Positions 19,967-28,256 of a stretch of 28,256 bases of DNA are shown here, in pieces. The translations under genes were made by a program, and so were the position numbers. The notes beneath the pieces were generated by a model. It did no database searches. It was not told where the DNA came from and was given only the letters and a program-made list of their open reading frames with translations. The stretch is from Candidatus Bathyarchaeota archaeon. GTDB lineage: Archaea > Thermoproteota > Bathyarchaeia > Bathyarchaeales > Bathycorpusculaceae. The DNA lies in assembly GCA_963777155.1 (NCBI GenBank), contig CAVZPM010000004.1, forward strand, positions 1 to 28,256, in the 5' to 3' direction. Within the stretch, counting starts at the first letter, position 1. The number at the start of each line of letters is the position of its first letter.

Positions 19967-20338
19967 ATAACAAAAGTAATTCACTTTGAGATTCCAGCGA
20001 CAAACACAAAACGCGCGGTAGACTTTTACAGGAATGTCTTTGGCTGGGAATTCAGTAATTATGGCGGTGATGAAATGAATTATTGGCTGGTTACCGCTGG
20101 CAAAGACGATGAACCTGGAATAAATGGCGCAATCGCTAAAAAAGATGATACTCACCCTACGACTATCAATACCATAAGTGTATCCTCTTTCGAAGAGTCT
20201 GTTGAAAAAATAAAACTCTCAGGCGGAGAAGTCTTGATGCCAAAAATGACTGTGCCACACGTGGGCTATATGACTTACTGCAAAGACCCAGAGGGAAACA
20301 TCTTCGGAATTATGCAACAAAATCCAAGGGCAGAATAG
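19967..20338 (+). CDS. VOC (glyoxalase/bleomycin-resistance) family protein
   Basis: The frame extends 36 codons upstream of the listed ORF: (ATA)TKVIHFEIPATNTKRAVDFYRNVFGWEF..GINGAI..VPHVGYMTYCKDPEGNIFGIMQ. GGAGGTG lies 5 nt before the ATA. Confidence 0.9.
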   Translation: MTKVIHFEIPATNTKRAVDFYRNVFGWEFSNYGGDEMNYWLVTAGKDDEPGINGAIAKKDDTHPTTINTISVSSFEESVEKIKLSGGEVLMPKMTVPHVGYMTYCKDPEGNIFGIMQQNPRAE

Positions 20339-20411
20339 TAAATAGTTTTTAAATATTCCTTTTTTCTTCTGCGTTTTCTGCTATATTTTTGCAAAAACAG
20401 AGTCCTTTTGT

Positions 20412-20447
20412 GTCAGGGGTGCCTTAAAAGGAGGCGTATCCGCTGAC
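20412..20447. terminator. Imperfect hairpin between convergent genes
   Basis: GTCAG..TGCCT/AGGCG..CTGAC is flanked by T-rich tracts. Confidence 0.3.
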
Positions 20448-20504
20448 TGAGATGTTTTGCTCAACAGATTAGCTTTTCTTTCTTTCAAAATTTGAGTTCG
20501 CAGA

Positions 20505-21122
20505 TTATTGTTTCATTAGTTTTAAGGCATTGGTTGTTGTGTAGACGTTTTGTTCGTATACACCATTCCAGTGGTCATGCCATGTACCTTCCATTTGGCT
20601 TGAAGTGAAAGTAAACACACCAACTGACCCAATTTGCTCGATCGGGCCGACACTTCCCTTGGTTAGTGTCAGCTGTGTTCCATTTATTGTACCTGTTAGT
20701 TGCATGGGCGAAACATCAGGGGTATATCCAGACCCTTGAACTAACTGTCTATTTGAATAAGTAAACTGTACGTCGACAATTACGATGTGCTCGTCGCTTG
20801 TTCCGGTTATAATCCAAGTCATTGTGCGATCTTCCGAGCCTGCGTCTGCGAGTTGACCAAAGTTCTCATAGTCTGTTGCGATTGAAAATTGTGTAGACAA
20901 CGTTGTTTTCCATGTTCCTTCTATGTTTCTTGCAGGAGTTAGCTTACCTACATCAGAAAGAGAGCTGTCAGTGAAGTCATTGAAGAAACCAGTAAAATAT
21001 AATGCTCCAACGATTGACACTATTAGTATCACAACTGGTATTACTTGGCTTGCTTTGGCTTTGTTCTTCATCTTTAGTGATGGTGGCGGTGGTGGCACTT
21101 GCGCAAATCTATACATATTCAT
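20505..21122 (-). CDS. Membrane-anchored beta-rich extracellular protein
   Basis: A poly-Pro/basic N-terminus and one TM helix precede a beta-strand-rich domain with two EGTW motifs. Confidence 0.7.
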   Translation of the reverse strand: MNMYRFAQVPPPPPSLKMKNKAKASQVIPVVILIVSIVGALYFTGFFNDFTDSSLSDVGKLTPARNIEGTWKTTLSTQFSIATDYENFGQLADAGSEDRTMTWIITGTSDEHIVIVDVQFTYSNRQLVQGSGYTPDVSPMQLTGTINGTQLTLTKGSVGPIEQIGSVGVFTFTSSQMEGTWHDHWNGVYEQNVYTTTNALKLMKQ

Positions 21123-21358
21123 ACCAACGCGAGAATACGACGCAGACCATAAAAGACTTGTGTACTACTAATAAACATCCTTCTTAATGCTAACTTCTTT
21201 ATTTATTTACCCTTTATCGGTTTTTTGGATCTTAGTGTACTAAAAAACGTTCTAGGTACCTATTCCTTATTTTCATTTCTCAAATATTTCGCAAAAAAAA
21301 GTGGAATTAAATTTTTCGTTTTTTATCTATCAATTTTTCTTCCACTAATTTTTGCAGG

Positions 21359-21407
21359 TCAAGTCTAAGCCTTAATGTTGTTCACGGTCCATTAAGGCTT
21401 GACTTGA
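21359..21407. repeat. Long inverted repeat (18-bp stem, 1-nt bulge, 12-nt loop)
   Basis: TCAAGTC(T)AAGCCTTAATG-N12-CATTAAGGCTTGACTTGA. Confidence 0.75.
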
Positions 21408-21443
21408 TCGCAACATGATCTTTCACCGTTTTGAACATGCCGC

Positions 21444-21578
21444 TCAAGACCCTAATGCAACATTGCTGTCCAGCCCATCAAAGCAGAGTTTTTGCCGCGC
21501 ATCGATTTTCTGCTGTTTCAATCGACGCACTCTTTGCTTCAATGCATCGCCTTTAAAGCGTGCTCCTCGACCTGCAAT
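21444..21578 (-). CDS. Small basic protein (44 aa), start uncertain
   Basis: (I/M)AGRGARFKGDALKQRVRRLKQQKIDARQKLCFDGLDSNVALGS*. It starts at ATT, or at TTG if one G was lost. Confidence 0.35.
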   Translation of the reverse strand: MAGRGARFKGDALKQRVRRLKQQKIDARQKLCFDGLDSNVALGS

Positions 21579-22317
21579 ATACTATAATGGGCAGCGCAAA
21601 ATATAGACAGTTCGATGCAAGAAACAGGCAATTATGCAACAAATATACGCTCAGATATAAATTTTAAAGACAAATGTAAAGAATCTATTGCCAATGACCT
21701 CCAATGGTTCATCCAACCAATTCTAAATTTTAACATAAACAACGCAATTTGACATGAATGCAGCAATTTTCACTTTAATTGCTAACTTGAGATTGCAGCG
21801 AAAACCAGATCTTTCAAAATGCAAAAAGTTGATAATAGCTGATAGCCACCATTTTGTTCGATGATGTTCTTCAGAAAATTACGTATGCTGAGCAAACTCA
21901 ACAAGGTAAGGCGCAATAAAGCCCAGTTCAACAGTCTCAATGGCTTTTTTCTTCTTCAGAGGTTTTTTCGAGTTATTATTGCCCTTAGGAAAATCATACT
22001 TTGTCATAACGGGTAAATTACACATACAAAACAGAGAAGAAAATATCGTTATTGTACTTTATGAATTGTAGATCAACATTAACCCAATATTTCTTCTAAA
22101 AGAAATCGGACTCCAATCACTGCTAACGAGAAGATTTGACTGCTTTGGACCTGACTCTTTGCTTCTGCCTAAGAATATATGTGTAATAATTTTGGGGTTT
22201 CTCCAGGGCAAGTGACCACAGGGAGATTGACGTTTCCATGTTTTCTATCAGCAAAACTTTTATGTATCTTGTTGAGTGATACACACTATACAATACAAGA
22301 CTAAGGAAGTGACCATA

Positions 22318-22440
22318 TTGGACCGCGCCTACATATTGCCATGTCAAAAAACCAACTTCACCAGCTGTGAAGGATGCCCAAAAGAAGACTGCCACCTAAA
22401 GCATTACCTCGGCATGGAAACTCAACTAATCCAAGCTTAA
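22318..22440 (+). CDS. 40-aa Cys-rich microprotein
   Basis: An SD-like GGAAGTGA lies 5 nt before the TTG. Product: MDRAYILPCQKTNFTSCEGCPKEDCHLKHYLGMETQLIQA. Confidence 0.55.
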   Translation: MDRAYILPCQKTNFTSCEGCPKEDCHLKHYLGMETQLIQA

Positions 22441-23080
22441 AACCTGCACTCAATAATTCCTTCTAATTATTATCGCATTTTTCTCCTCTTTGTATTCCCA
22501 AATTGAACTTAGACATATGGTTAACCGGAAAAGGAGAGTACAGTTTAAAGGAAAACTATAGTGGCCGCTCTTCGTTTGTTATGTTGGGCAGAAAAAAAGG
22601 GGGAGTAGGTGTTTGGGGGATCAAAGCACGTTTTGGTGCAGATGCGTCAAATGGCTCTTTGTTTGGGCTAAGTAGCCTCCGCGTCCTGCCAACGTTGACC
22701 AGCCAAACGATTCCAATTAAAGGGATCGTACTTCCCGTTTTAACCATACCTTTGTTTTTTGATAAAGGTCTTCTTATCGTGTTTTTTGTACTACGTTGTT
22801 TAAGATAGTAAATTGCAAACAAACAAAATTACCATTTAGGAATAAGAGCCAACATGTAATGATGATTCCACGTTTTTCGAATCATTCGATTCCAGAAAAA
22901 GAAGGCGAAACTCATCACCAACGCAATAAAATGTCTAAATTTCAGAGGTTTAAAAACAGTGTTTTCGTACGCTACTCGAAACATAACAAAACAGCTTTGA
23001 GGAAAGCTGCTTAAACTCAACGAGGAATAACTGCCAATCTTTGCACAGCCGCTTCCCCTGCTCCAATAAGACCCTTCCGT

Positions 23081-23311
23081 CTATGCTTTTGTTGTTAGTC
23101 TATGGTTTCTTGCCAGATGCAAATCAAGCTCAGCCTTAGTATTGAAGGATTTTCCACAAACTGGACAAATAAAAGCCCCTAACTCCATCTTTTCCAGAGG
23201 ATCATGATCAGGTAGCGGGTTTTTTACGTCTGGAGATGGCGGGGTGACTTCATTTGTTTCTTGAGATAGATCTGTTGCGGGTTTGGCATAGGGTACGTCT
23301 GGTTCAGTCAT
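23081..23311 (-). CDS. Small C2H2 zinc-finger protein
   Basis: FICPVCGKSFNTKAELDLHLARNH follows an acidic Pro-rich N-terminus. Confidence 0.8.
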   Translation of the reverse strand: MTEPDVPYAKPATDLSQETNEVTPPSPDVKNPLPDHDPLEKMELGAFICPVCGKSFNTKAELDLHLARNHRLTTKA

Positions 23312-23343
23312 AAAAAAACACTTTTTAATCCTTCGATTATTTA

Positions 23344-23532
23344 TTATTCATGTCCTTTTGCTTCATGGTGTTTTGTATCTCTATGTCTCTCCATTTCTGA
23401 GTGAGTTTTGAAAGTTTTCCCGCAGACTGGACATGGAACTTGATCGGGGTTAGCTCCTTTTATGGGAATTTCTTGGGATGAAGGAGCGCCCAATGTATGA
23501 TCATGAAGTTTATCTTTACTCATAGTTTGCAC
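23344..23532 (-). CDS. Small C2H2 zinc-finger protein
   Basis: VPCPVCGKTFKTHSEMERHRDTKH. Confidence 0.8.
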   Translation of the reverse strand: MQTMSKDKLHDHTLGAPSSQEIPIKGANPDQVPCPVCGKTFKTHSEMERHRDTKHHEAKGHE

Positions 23533-23748
23533 CTAAGAGTAGAAAGCAGCCAAGCGTTCTTAAGTATATGTGACTGTGGTTAGACAACCGCAAAGTCAAA
23601 AGGATTTGAATGCCTTCAATATTATAAGTAATTTAAGGTCGGCTAAGGGTTAGAAATCAAAAAGTTAAGATGGAAAAGTTAATCAAAGCTAATTTAACTA
23701 TAAGTCAGACGCTGAATAAAATAACATCCCAATGATAGAAGGAAATAA

Positions 23749-24682
23749 ATGAAAAAAAGTAACAGAATTTTGGTTACTGGTGGAGCAGGTTTTATAGGGT
23801 CACATCTGGTCTCAGAGCTTCTGAAAAGAAAGTACTCAGTTGTTGTATTAGATAATTTGTGCTCGGGAAAAACCGCAAATTTAAAAGAAATAAGTGGAAA
23901 GATGGGTTTTGAATTTATAGAGGGCGATATTCGGGACAAACCCAAACTTGAGGCTGCTTTTAACGGTGTAGATGCGGTTATACATTTGGCGGCATTGATA
24001 GATATTGCTCTCTTCCGTCGCCGACCCAGCATCAACCAACGACGTAAATGTCACCGGTACCCTGAATGTACTGCGGGAGGCGACTAGATGCAAAGTCAGG
24101 AGGCTTGTTTTCGCTTCATCTACCGCCGTCTATGGCGATGCAAAGAAACTGCCAATAAACGAAAATTTGACGATTAATCCCATTTCACCCTACGCTGCCT
24201 CAAAACTTGCAGGTGAAGCCTACTGCAAAGCCTTCACAGGAAGCTACAATCTAAGTACAGTTGTGTTACGTTTTTTCAATGTCTATGGACCAAGAAGCGA
24301 AAAAAGCCCATATTGCGGGGTAATCACAAAATTCTTGCAGCAAGCAAACAAAGGTGAGACCCTCAAAATCTTTGGCGATGGCAAACAAACCCGTGACTTC
24401 ATTCATGTAAAAGACATCGTTGAAGCCATAATTCTAGCATTAGAAGCCAGAGGAGTCGATGGAGAAACCTTTAACATTTGCACAGGAATCCCGACCAGCA
24501 TTAACGATCTTGCCAAAGCCGTTCAAGTTGCTACCCAAAAAGATTTACCAATTACTCATGAAATAGCTCGCCAAGGCGAAATAAAGTTTAGTTATGGAGA
24601 CCCATCCAAAGCAGAAGAAAGACTACATTTCAAGACAAAAATCTCCTTATCGGAAGGTCTAAGCTCACTGCTTAAAGGTTAA
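23749..24682 (+). CDS. NAD-dependent nucleotide-sugar epimerase/dehydratase (extended SDR, GalE/WbpP-like), frameshift near 24010
   Basis: LVTGGAGFIGSHL, VIHLAA, NVTGTLNVL, FASSTAVYG, SPYAASK, LRFFNVYGP and GDGKQTRDFIHV are present. Confidence 0.92.
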
Positions 24683-24779
24683 CTATCAATTCTCCGCTTG
24701 ACCTATTAATCCTGAAATAAAAGAAAGCCAAAACTTTTATTGACAAATCTCCAATCTAACTTTTGCAAAAGAAAGAGCG

Positions 24780-25316
24780 ATGAAAATGAGGCAGTTTTCT
24801 AAAGAACAAAAAATCTTTGGCATTATGACAATATTTGTGGTTGGTTTATTGTTCTATGCAAATCTTGTAGCTTTCAACCTAATTTCTGTTCCTGCTTTCG
24901 TTTTTGACAGCATTGCATATGTGGCTTTAGCAGCGGCAGTGGCTCTAGCTATAGTCATGGTGACGATTGTCAACAAGGATAAACATAAGGCATTGATTGC
25001 AGAAAAACAAGAACCAAATGAAAAAGCAGACGCAAGTCTTCCAAAAGTCAATTTGCAAAAACCTACAAGCAATATTGAGCTTGTCTTTGGAGAAAAGAAG
25101 CAGCCGGTCAAACAAGTAGTAATCAAACCTACTAAACTGTTCTGCCCAGCCTGCAGAAAAGAGTTTAGCCTAGGAAGCCTCGAGGGAGATTATATGATAA
25201 ATTTTGGACCCCCCAAACCCTCTAACATAATCAAATACTGTCCTAACTGTAGAGCACCCATATCCTTAAAACGAAAAGGCACGGCAGAAGAGGATCTTTG
25301 GAACACTAAGGAGTAA
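24780..25316 (+). CDS. Two-TM protein with C-terminal zinc ribbon
   Basis: Two N-terminal TM helices and a charged linker are followed by CPAC...CPNC. Confidence 0.75.
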   Translation: MKMRQFSKEQKIFGIMTIFVVGLLFYANLVAFNLISVPAFVFDSIAYVALAAAVALAIVMVTIVNKDKHKALIAEKQEPNEKADASLPKVNLQKPTSNIELVFGEKKQPVKQVVIKPTKLFCPACRKEFSLGSLEGDYMINFGPPKPSNIIKYCPNCRAPISLKRKGTAEEDLWNTKE

Positions 25317-25412
25317 GAATTTCTTCACCATTATTCCTAAAACTACTCTGTTTGTTTATTCTGAATTCATAAGACTCTTATGCAAAATTAGCCCTATTTT
25401 GATTGAATTTCT

Positions 25413-25574
25413 ATGGTTCATTGTCCAAGTTGCGGCAAAGAAGCCAACAAACCCACTCGAGGACTGAAGAATCAAAGCTTCACGATTCAAATGTACGATT
25501 GTGGGAAATGCCACCATAACTTCAAAGTAACAATTAACCATTCAAAATACCTAGAAGACCCAATACACGGTTAA
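25413..25574 (+). CDS. 53-aa CPxCG zinc-ribbon microprotein (not in ORF track)
   Basis: MVHCPSCGKEANKPTRGLKNQSFTIQMYDCGKCHHNFKV... Confidence 0.75.
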   Translation: MVHCPSCGKEANKPTRGLKNQSFTIQMYDCGKCHHNFKVTINHSKYLEDPIHG

Positions 25575-25884
25575 CATACTTATCTTAATAATACAGTCAT
25601 TTCTTTCTCACAGGGTCTCAATTTCTTTTATTTTGAGGCTTCTCCAAAATCTCAGCACCGATATATATTCCTCCATATTAACAAGGTTCTTATTCTGGTT
25701 TAATCAAAGCTTTTTTTGCAGCCAGCCAAAATATTTCTAAGGGTTGATACTGTCGGTGAGGAGCTTCTCCTCTCATATCTCCCTTCCCTCCCTCACCGTG
25801 TAATTCTTAAAACCGTCAGTTTTTCCCATTTCTTACCTTTTTGAAAGAAAAGTTTTTTTCGTTTTTGACCTTAGTACCCGTTTT

Positions 25885-25901
25885 CCCAAAGGTTTTATTA
25901 A
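25885..25901 (+). promoter_or_regulatory. Candidate BRE/TATA promoter of the surface-protein gene
   Basis: CCCAAAGG-TTTTATTAA lies about 90 nt upstream of ATG 25990. An SD-like AAGGAG is at 25976-25981. Confidence 0.4.
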
Positions 25902-25989
25902 TCAACCCTAACACAATTGGTGAGATTGAACATAAGCAAATTCTTCAAGAATTGTTTCTGTTCAATAATAACTTAAAGGAGAAAGAAAA

Positions 25990-28256
25990 ATGCAAAAAAT
26001 AAAAGAAAAAATAATGGCTATTACGTTCGTTGTACTTTTAACAATCTCTATTGGAGCTACACTGATATTACCAGACGCTAGTGCTCACTCGCCAGCATGG
26101 CAAATTCCAACTTATGCTTACGTTAACGTTGCGCCTAACCCAGCGGGTCTGGGCCAATCAGTTACAATAGGCATGTGGATTCAGATTCCTCCACCAACAG
26201 CTGCTGGTGCAGTTGGAGACAGATGGCACAATTTCAACGTGACAATAACGAAACCTGACGGAACCAAAGAAACACTAGGTCCATTCACTTCCGATGACAC
26301 AGGCGGAACATATACTCTATACACTCCTACACAATTAGGCAACTATAGCTTCGTGTTCAACTATCCAGGCGAAACAATGCCTGGCGCAAACGGAGCTTCA
26401 CAGACTAATGCTTACATAGGCGATTACTTTAAGCCCTCCACAAGCGAAACTGCCTACTGCACTGTACAACAGGATCCAGTTCCAGCTATACCCACCAACC
26501 CGCTTCCAACAACCTATTGGACTCGTCCAATACAATCAGGAAACGGTATTTGGTCTACAATATCTGGAAACTGGCTGGGCTTCGGTATTCACTCATTCGC
26601 TAACACTGGAAGATACAACAATACAGGTAACTACAACCCATACTCGGCAGCACCACTGGCACCCCACATTATCTGGACAAAGCCAGTAGCGTTCGGAGGA
26701 TTAACAGGCGGCGAATTCGGAGGCACTGACACAAGCAACTTCTACTCAACTTCACAGTACGAGCCAAAATGGGCACCAATCATCATGAACGGCATAATGT
26801 ACTTCACCAACTACCCAACAAGCATAAACAACCCAACAGGCTGGACAGCACTAAACCTAAAGACAGGAGAAACAATCTGGACAAACAATGCCGAGAACCT
26901 CGGCGGCGGTAACCCTGCTCAAACTGCTCTAACCTCAACGGGAATAGTAACAGTTCTCAGATGCGGCCAACTCCTCGACATGACGAACCCCAACCAATTT
27001 GGAAACATCGCATACCTGTGGAGTACTGGAACCCCAGCAGGAATCGCAACTTCACCAGGATCAACTACATACAACATGTTTGACGCTATGACTGGAACCT
27101 ACATACTAAGCATCGTCAACGGCACTTCAATGACACTCACAGAAGATGACGGCGGTAACCTCATTGGCTACTTCATCAACAGCTCTATCTCCGGCAAACC
27201 TATGCTGAACTGCTGGAACTCAACACAAGCAATCTTTTACCCCAACTCTCAGTTCATACCTGGAACAACTGTTGCAAGTTGGAGCTGGAGACCAGGTCAA
27301 TCCTCCGTTATCAACTTCCAACGCGGAATAATGTGGTCTAAACCAGTTGCTACAAACATGTCAGGGAACCCATTGATCAGCACCACAGACCTCTCGGGCA
27401 ACGTTGTAACCGCTTCACTGGCAATTAACAACGTTAACAGCGGAGTGGTCCTCATGACTGCCGTAGGAGCTACATACTTCAACATCGGCTACCAAATTGA
27501 CGCTGCATACAGCGCAACTACAGGAGAACAACTCTGGATAGCTAACCGAACACTGACATCATTCACAAGAGACTCAATCACAAAAGTTGGCTACGGAATG
27601 TACTACTACATGCAATCGGCACAGGGCATAATGCGAGCTTACAGTTTGAACACAGGCAACCTGGTATGGGGCCCAGTGCAACTCACAGGTGACAATGGCA
27701 ACTACCCAGTACCAGACCCATACAACAGCATCGGCGGCTACCAAACAGAACTCGCTAACGGAGTACTATACGTTATGGGCTTTGGAGGCGACGTTTGGGC
27801 TATAAACGCAATAACTGGACAGGAACTTTGGTACACAAGCACCAACAAACTCATCGGCGAAGCTGGCTCTGACACACCATACGGTGTATGGCCACTTTGG
27901 GTCTTCAGCGGCGGATCTATCTCTGGAAACGGAGTGTACCTGCTTAACGTTGGTCACGAATACAGTCCACCTCTGTTCAGAGGTGCACAACAGCTAGGAC
28001 TGAACATAACAGACGGATCTCTGATCTGGAAGATACTTGGCTTTGACGTAACCAACGGAGCTACCATCGTTGACGGTGTGGTAACTGTATTGAACGCATA
28101 TGATAACCAACTATACTCATACGCGCAAGGTCCAACCACCATGACCGTAACAGCACCGGATGTCGGCGTAACAACTGCAACCCCAATAACAATCAGAGGC
28201 ACCATAACAGACATCTCAGCAGGCACAAAACAAGAAGCACAAGCAGCCAACTTCCC
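25990..28256 (+). CDS. Large secreted PQQ-binding-like beta-propeller repeat surface protein (partial, runs off the window)
   Basis: Frame of more than 755 codons, in register at both ends. A signal peptide MQKIKEKIMAITFVVLL..ASA precedes IPTYAYVNVAPNPAGLGQ, VTITKPDG and LPTTYWTRPI. Repeated 'A-x-x-x-x-TG-x-x-x-W' blades include ALNLKTGETIW, AYSATTGEQLW, AYSLNTGNLVW and AINAITGQELW. Confidence 0.9.
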   Translation, partial: MQKIKEKIMAITFVVLLTISIGATLILPDASAHSPAWQIPTYAYVNVAPNPAGLGQSVTIGMWIQIPPPTAAGAVGDRWHNFNVTITKPDGTKETLGPFTSDDTGGTYTLYTPTQLGNYSFVFNYPGETMPGANGASQTNAYIGDYFKPSTSETAYCTVQQDPVPAIPTNPLPTTYWTRPIQSGNGIWSTISGNWLGFGIHSFANTGRYNNTGNYNPYSAAPLAPHIIWTKPVAFGGLTGGEFGGTDTSNFYSTSQYEPKWAPIIMNGIMYFTNYPTSINNPTGWTALNLKTGETIWTNNAENLGGGNPAQTALTSTGIVTVLRCGQLLDMTNPNQFGNIAYLWSTGTPAGIATSPGSTTYNMFDAMTGTYILSIVNGTSMTLTEDDGGNLIGYFINSSISGKPMLNCWNSTQAIFYPNSQFIPGTTVASWSWRPGQSSVINFQRGIMWSKPVATNMSGNPLISTTDLSGNVVTASLAINNVNSGVVLMTAVGATYFNIGYQIDAAYSATTGEQLWIANRTLTSFTRDSITKVGYGMYYYMQSAQGIMRAYSLNTGNLVWGPVQLTGDNGNYPVPDPYNSIGGYQTELANGVLYVMGFGGDVWAINAITGQELWYTSTNKLIGEAGSDTPYGVWPLWVFSGGSISGNGVYLLNVGHEYSPPLFRGAQQLGLNITDGSLIWKILGFDVTNGATIVDGVVTVLNAYDNQLYSYAQGPTTMTVTAPDVGVTTATPITIRGTITDISAGTKQEAQAANF

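Noticed and set aside
19709-20155. 148-aa minus-strand ORF
   Set aside because: It overlaps the extended VOC gene on the opposite strand and has no recognisable features.
21879-22007. 42-aa Lys-rich minus-strand ORF (MTKYDFPKGNNNSKKPLKKKK...)
   Set aside because: It has no SD or motif support and cannot be distinguished from chance.
22123-23020. Overlapping ORFs 22123-22395, 22503-22808, 22556-22822, 22796-23014 and 22829-23020
   Set aside because: They overlap each other or the 22318 microprotein on both strands and have no motifs, so I cannot choose a real one.
25356-25541. Minus-strand 61-aa ORF
   Set aside because: The plus-strand Zn-ribbon ORF 25413-25574 is far better supported.
25745-25800. 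H/ACA guide RNA reading (stem followed by ACA on the minus strand)
   Set aside because: The purine-rich loop cannot form an upper stem, pseudouridylation pocket or clear K-turn.
27297-28250. Minus-strand ORFs 27297-27485, 27766-27990 and 27954-28250
   Set aside because: They are antisense to the continuous surface-protein frame.

Overview
This is an archaeal genomic window. The gene families point to Bathyarchaeia; that is an inference from the large secreted PQQ-like beta-propeller protein, DUF1616, DUF5752 and COG3432-type wHTH paralogues. Positions 1-10.5 kb are a minus-strand surface-glycosylation locus: a polytopic membrane protein, three GT4 glycosyltransferases, a radical SAM/SPASM enzyme, two DPM1-like GT2 enzymes, a sugar-phosphate nucleotidyltransferase, a DUF1616 protein and a secreted helical protein. 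Nearly all of these are broken by single-base indels that look like sequencing errors. Positions 10.5-25.6 kb are loosely packed and rich in small genes: four paralogous winged-helix regulators (one missed by the ORF track), several Cys/Zn-finger microproteins, a stand-alone PAS domain, a VOC protein, an alpha-glucan phosphorylase with a DUF5752 gene nearby, and an NDP-sugar epimerase. From 25990 to the end is a large secreted, sequon-rich beta-propeller surface protein, absent from the ORF track because it runs off the window. Non-coding items of note are operator-like repeats next to wHTH genes, a perfect 21-bp palindrome, several GC-rich stem-loops, and two genes that appear to start at ATA. 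I found no rRNA, tRNA, CRISPR array or transposase.
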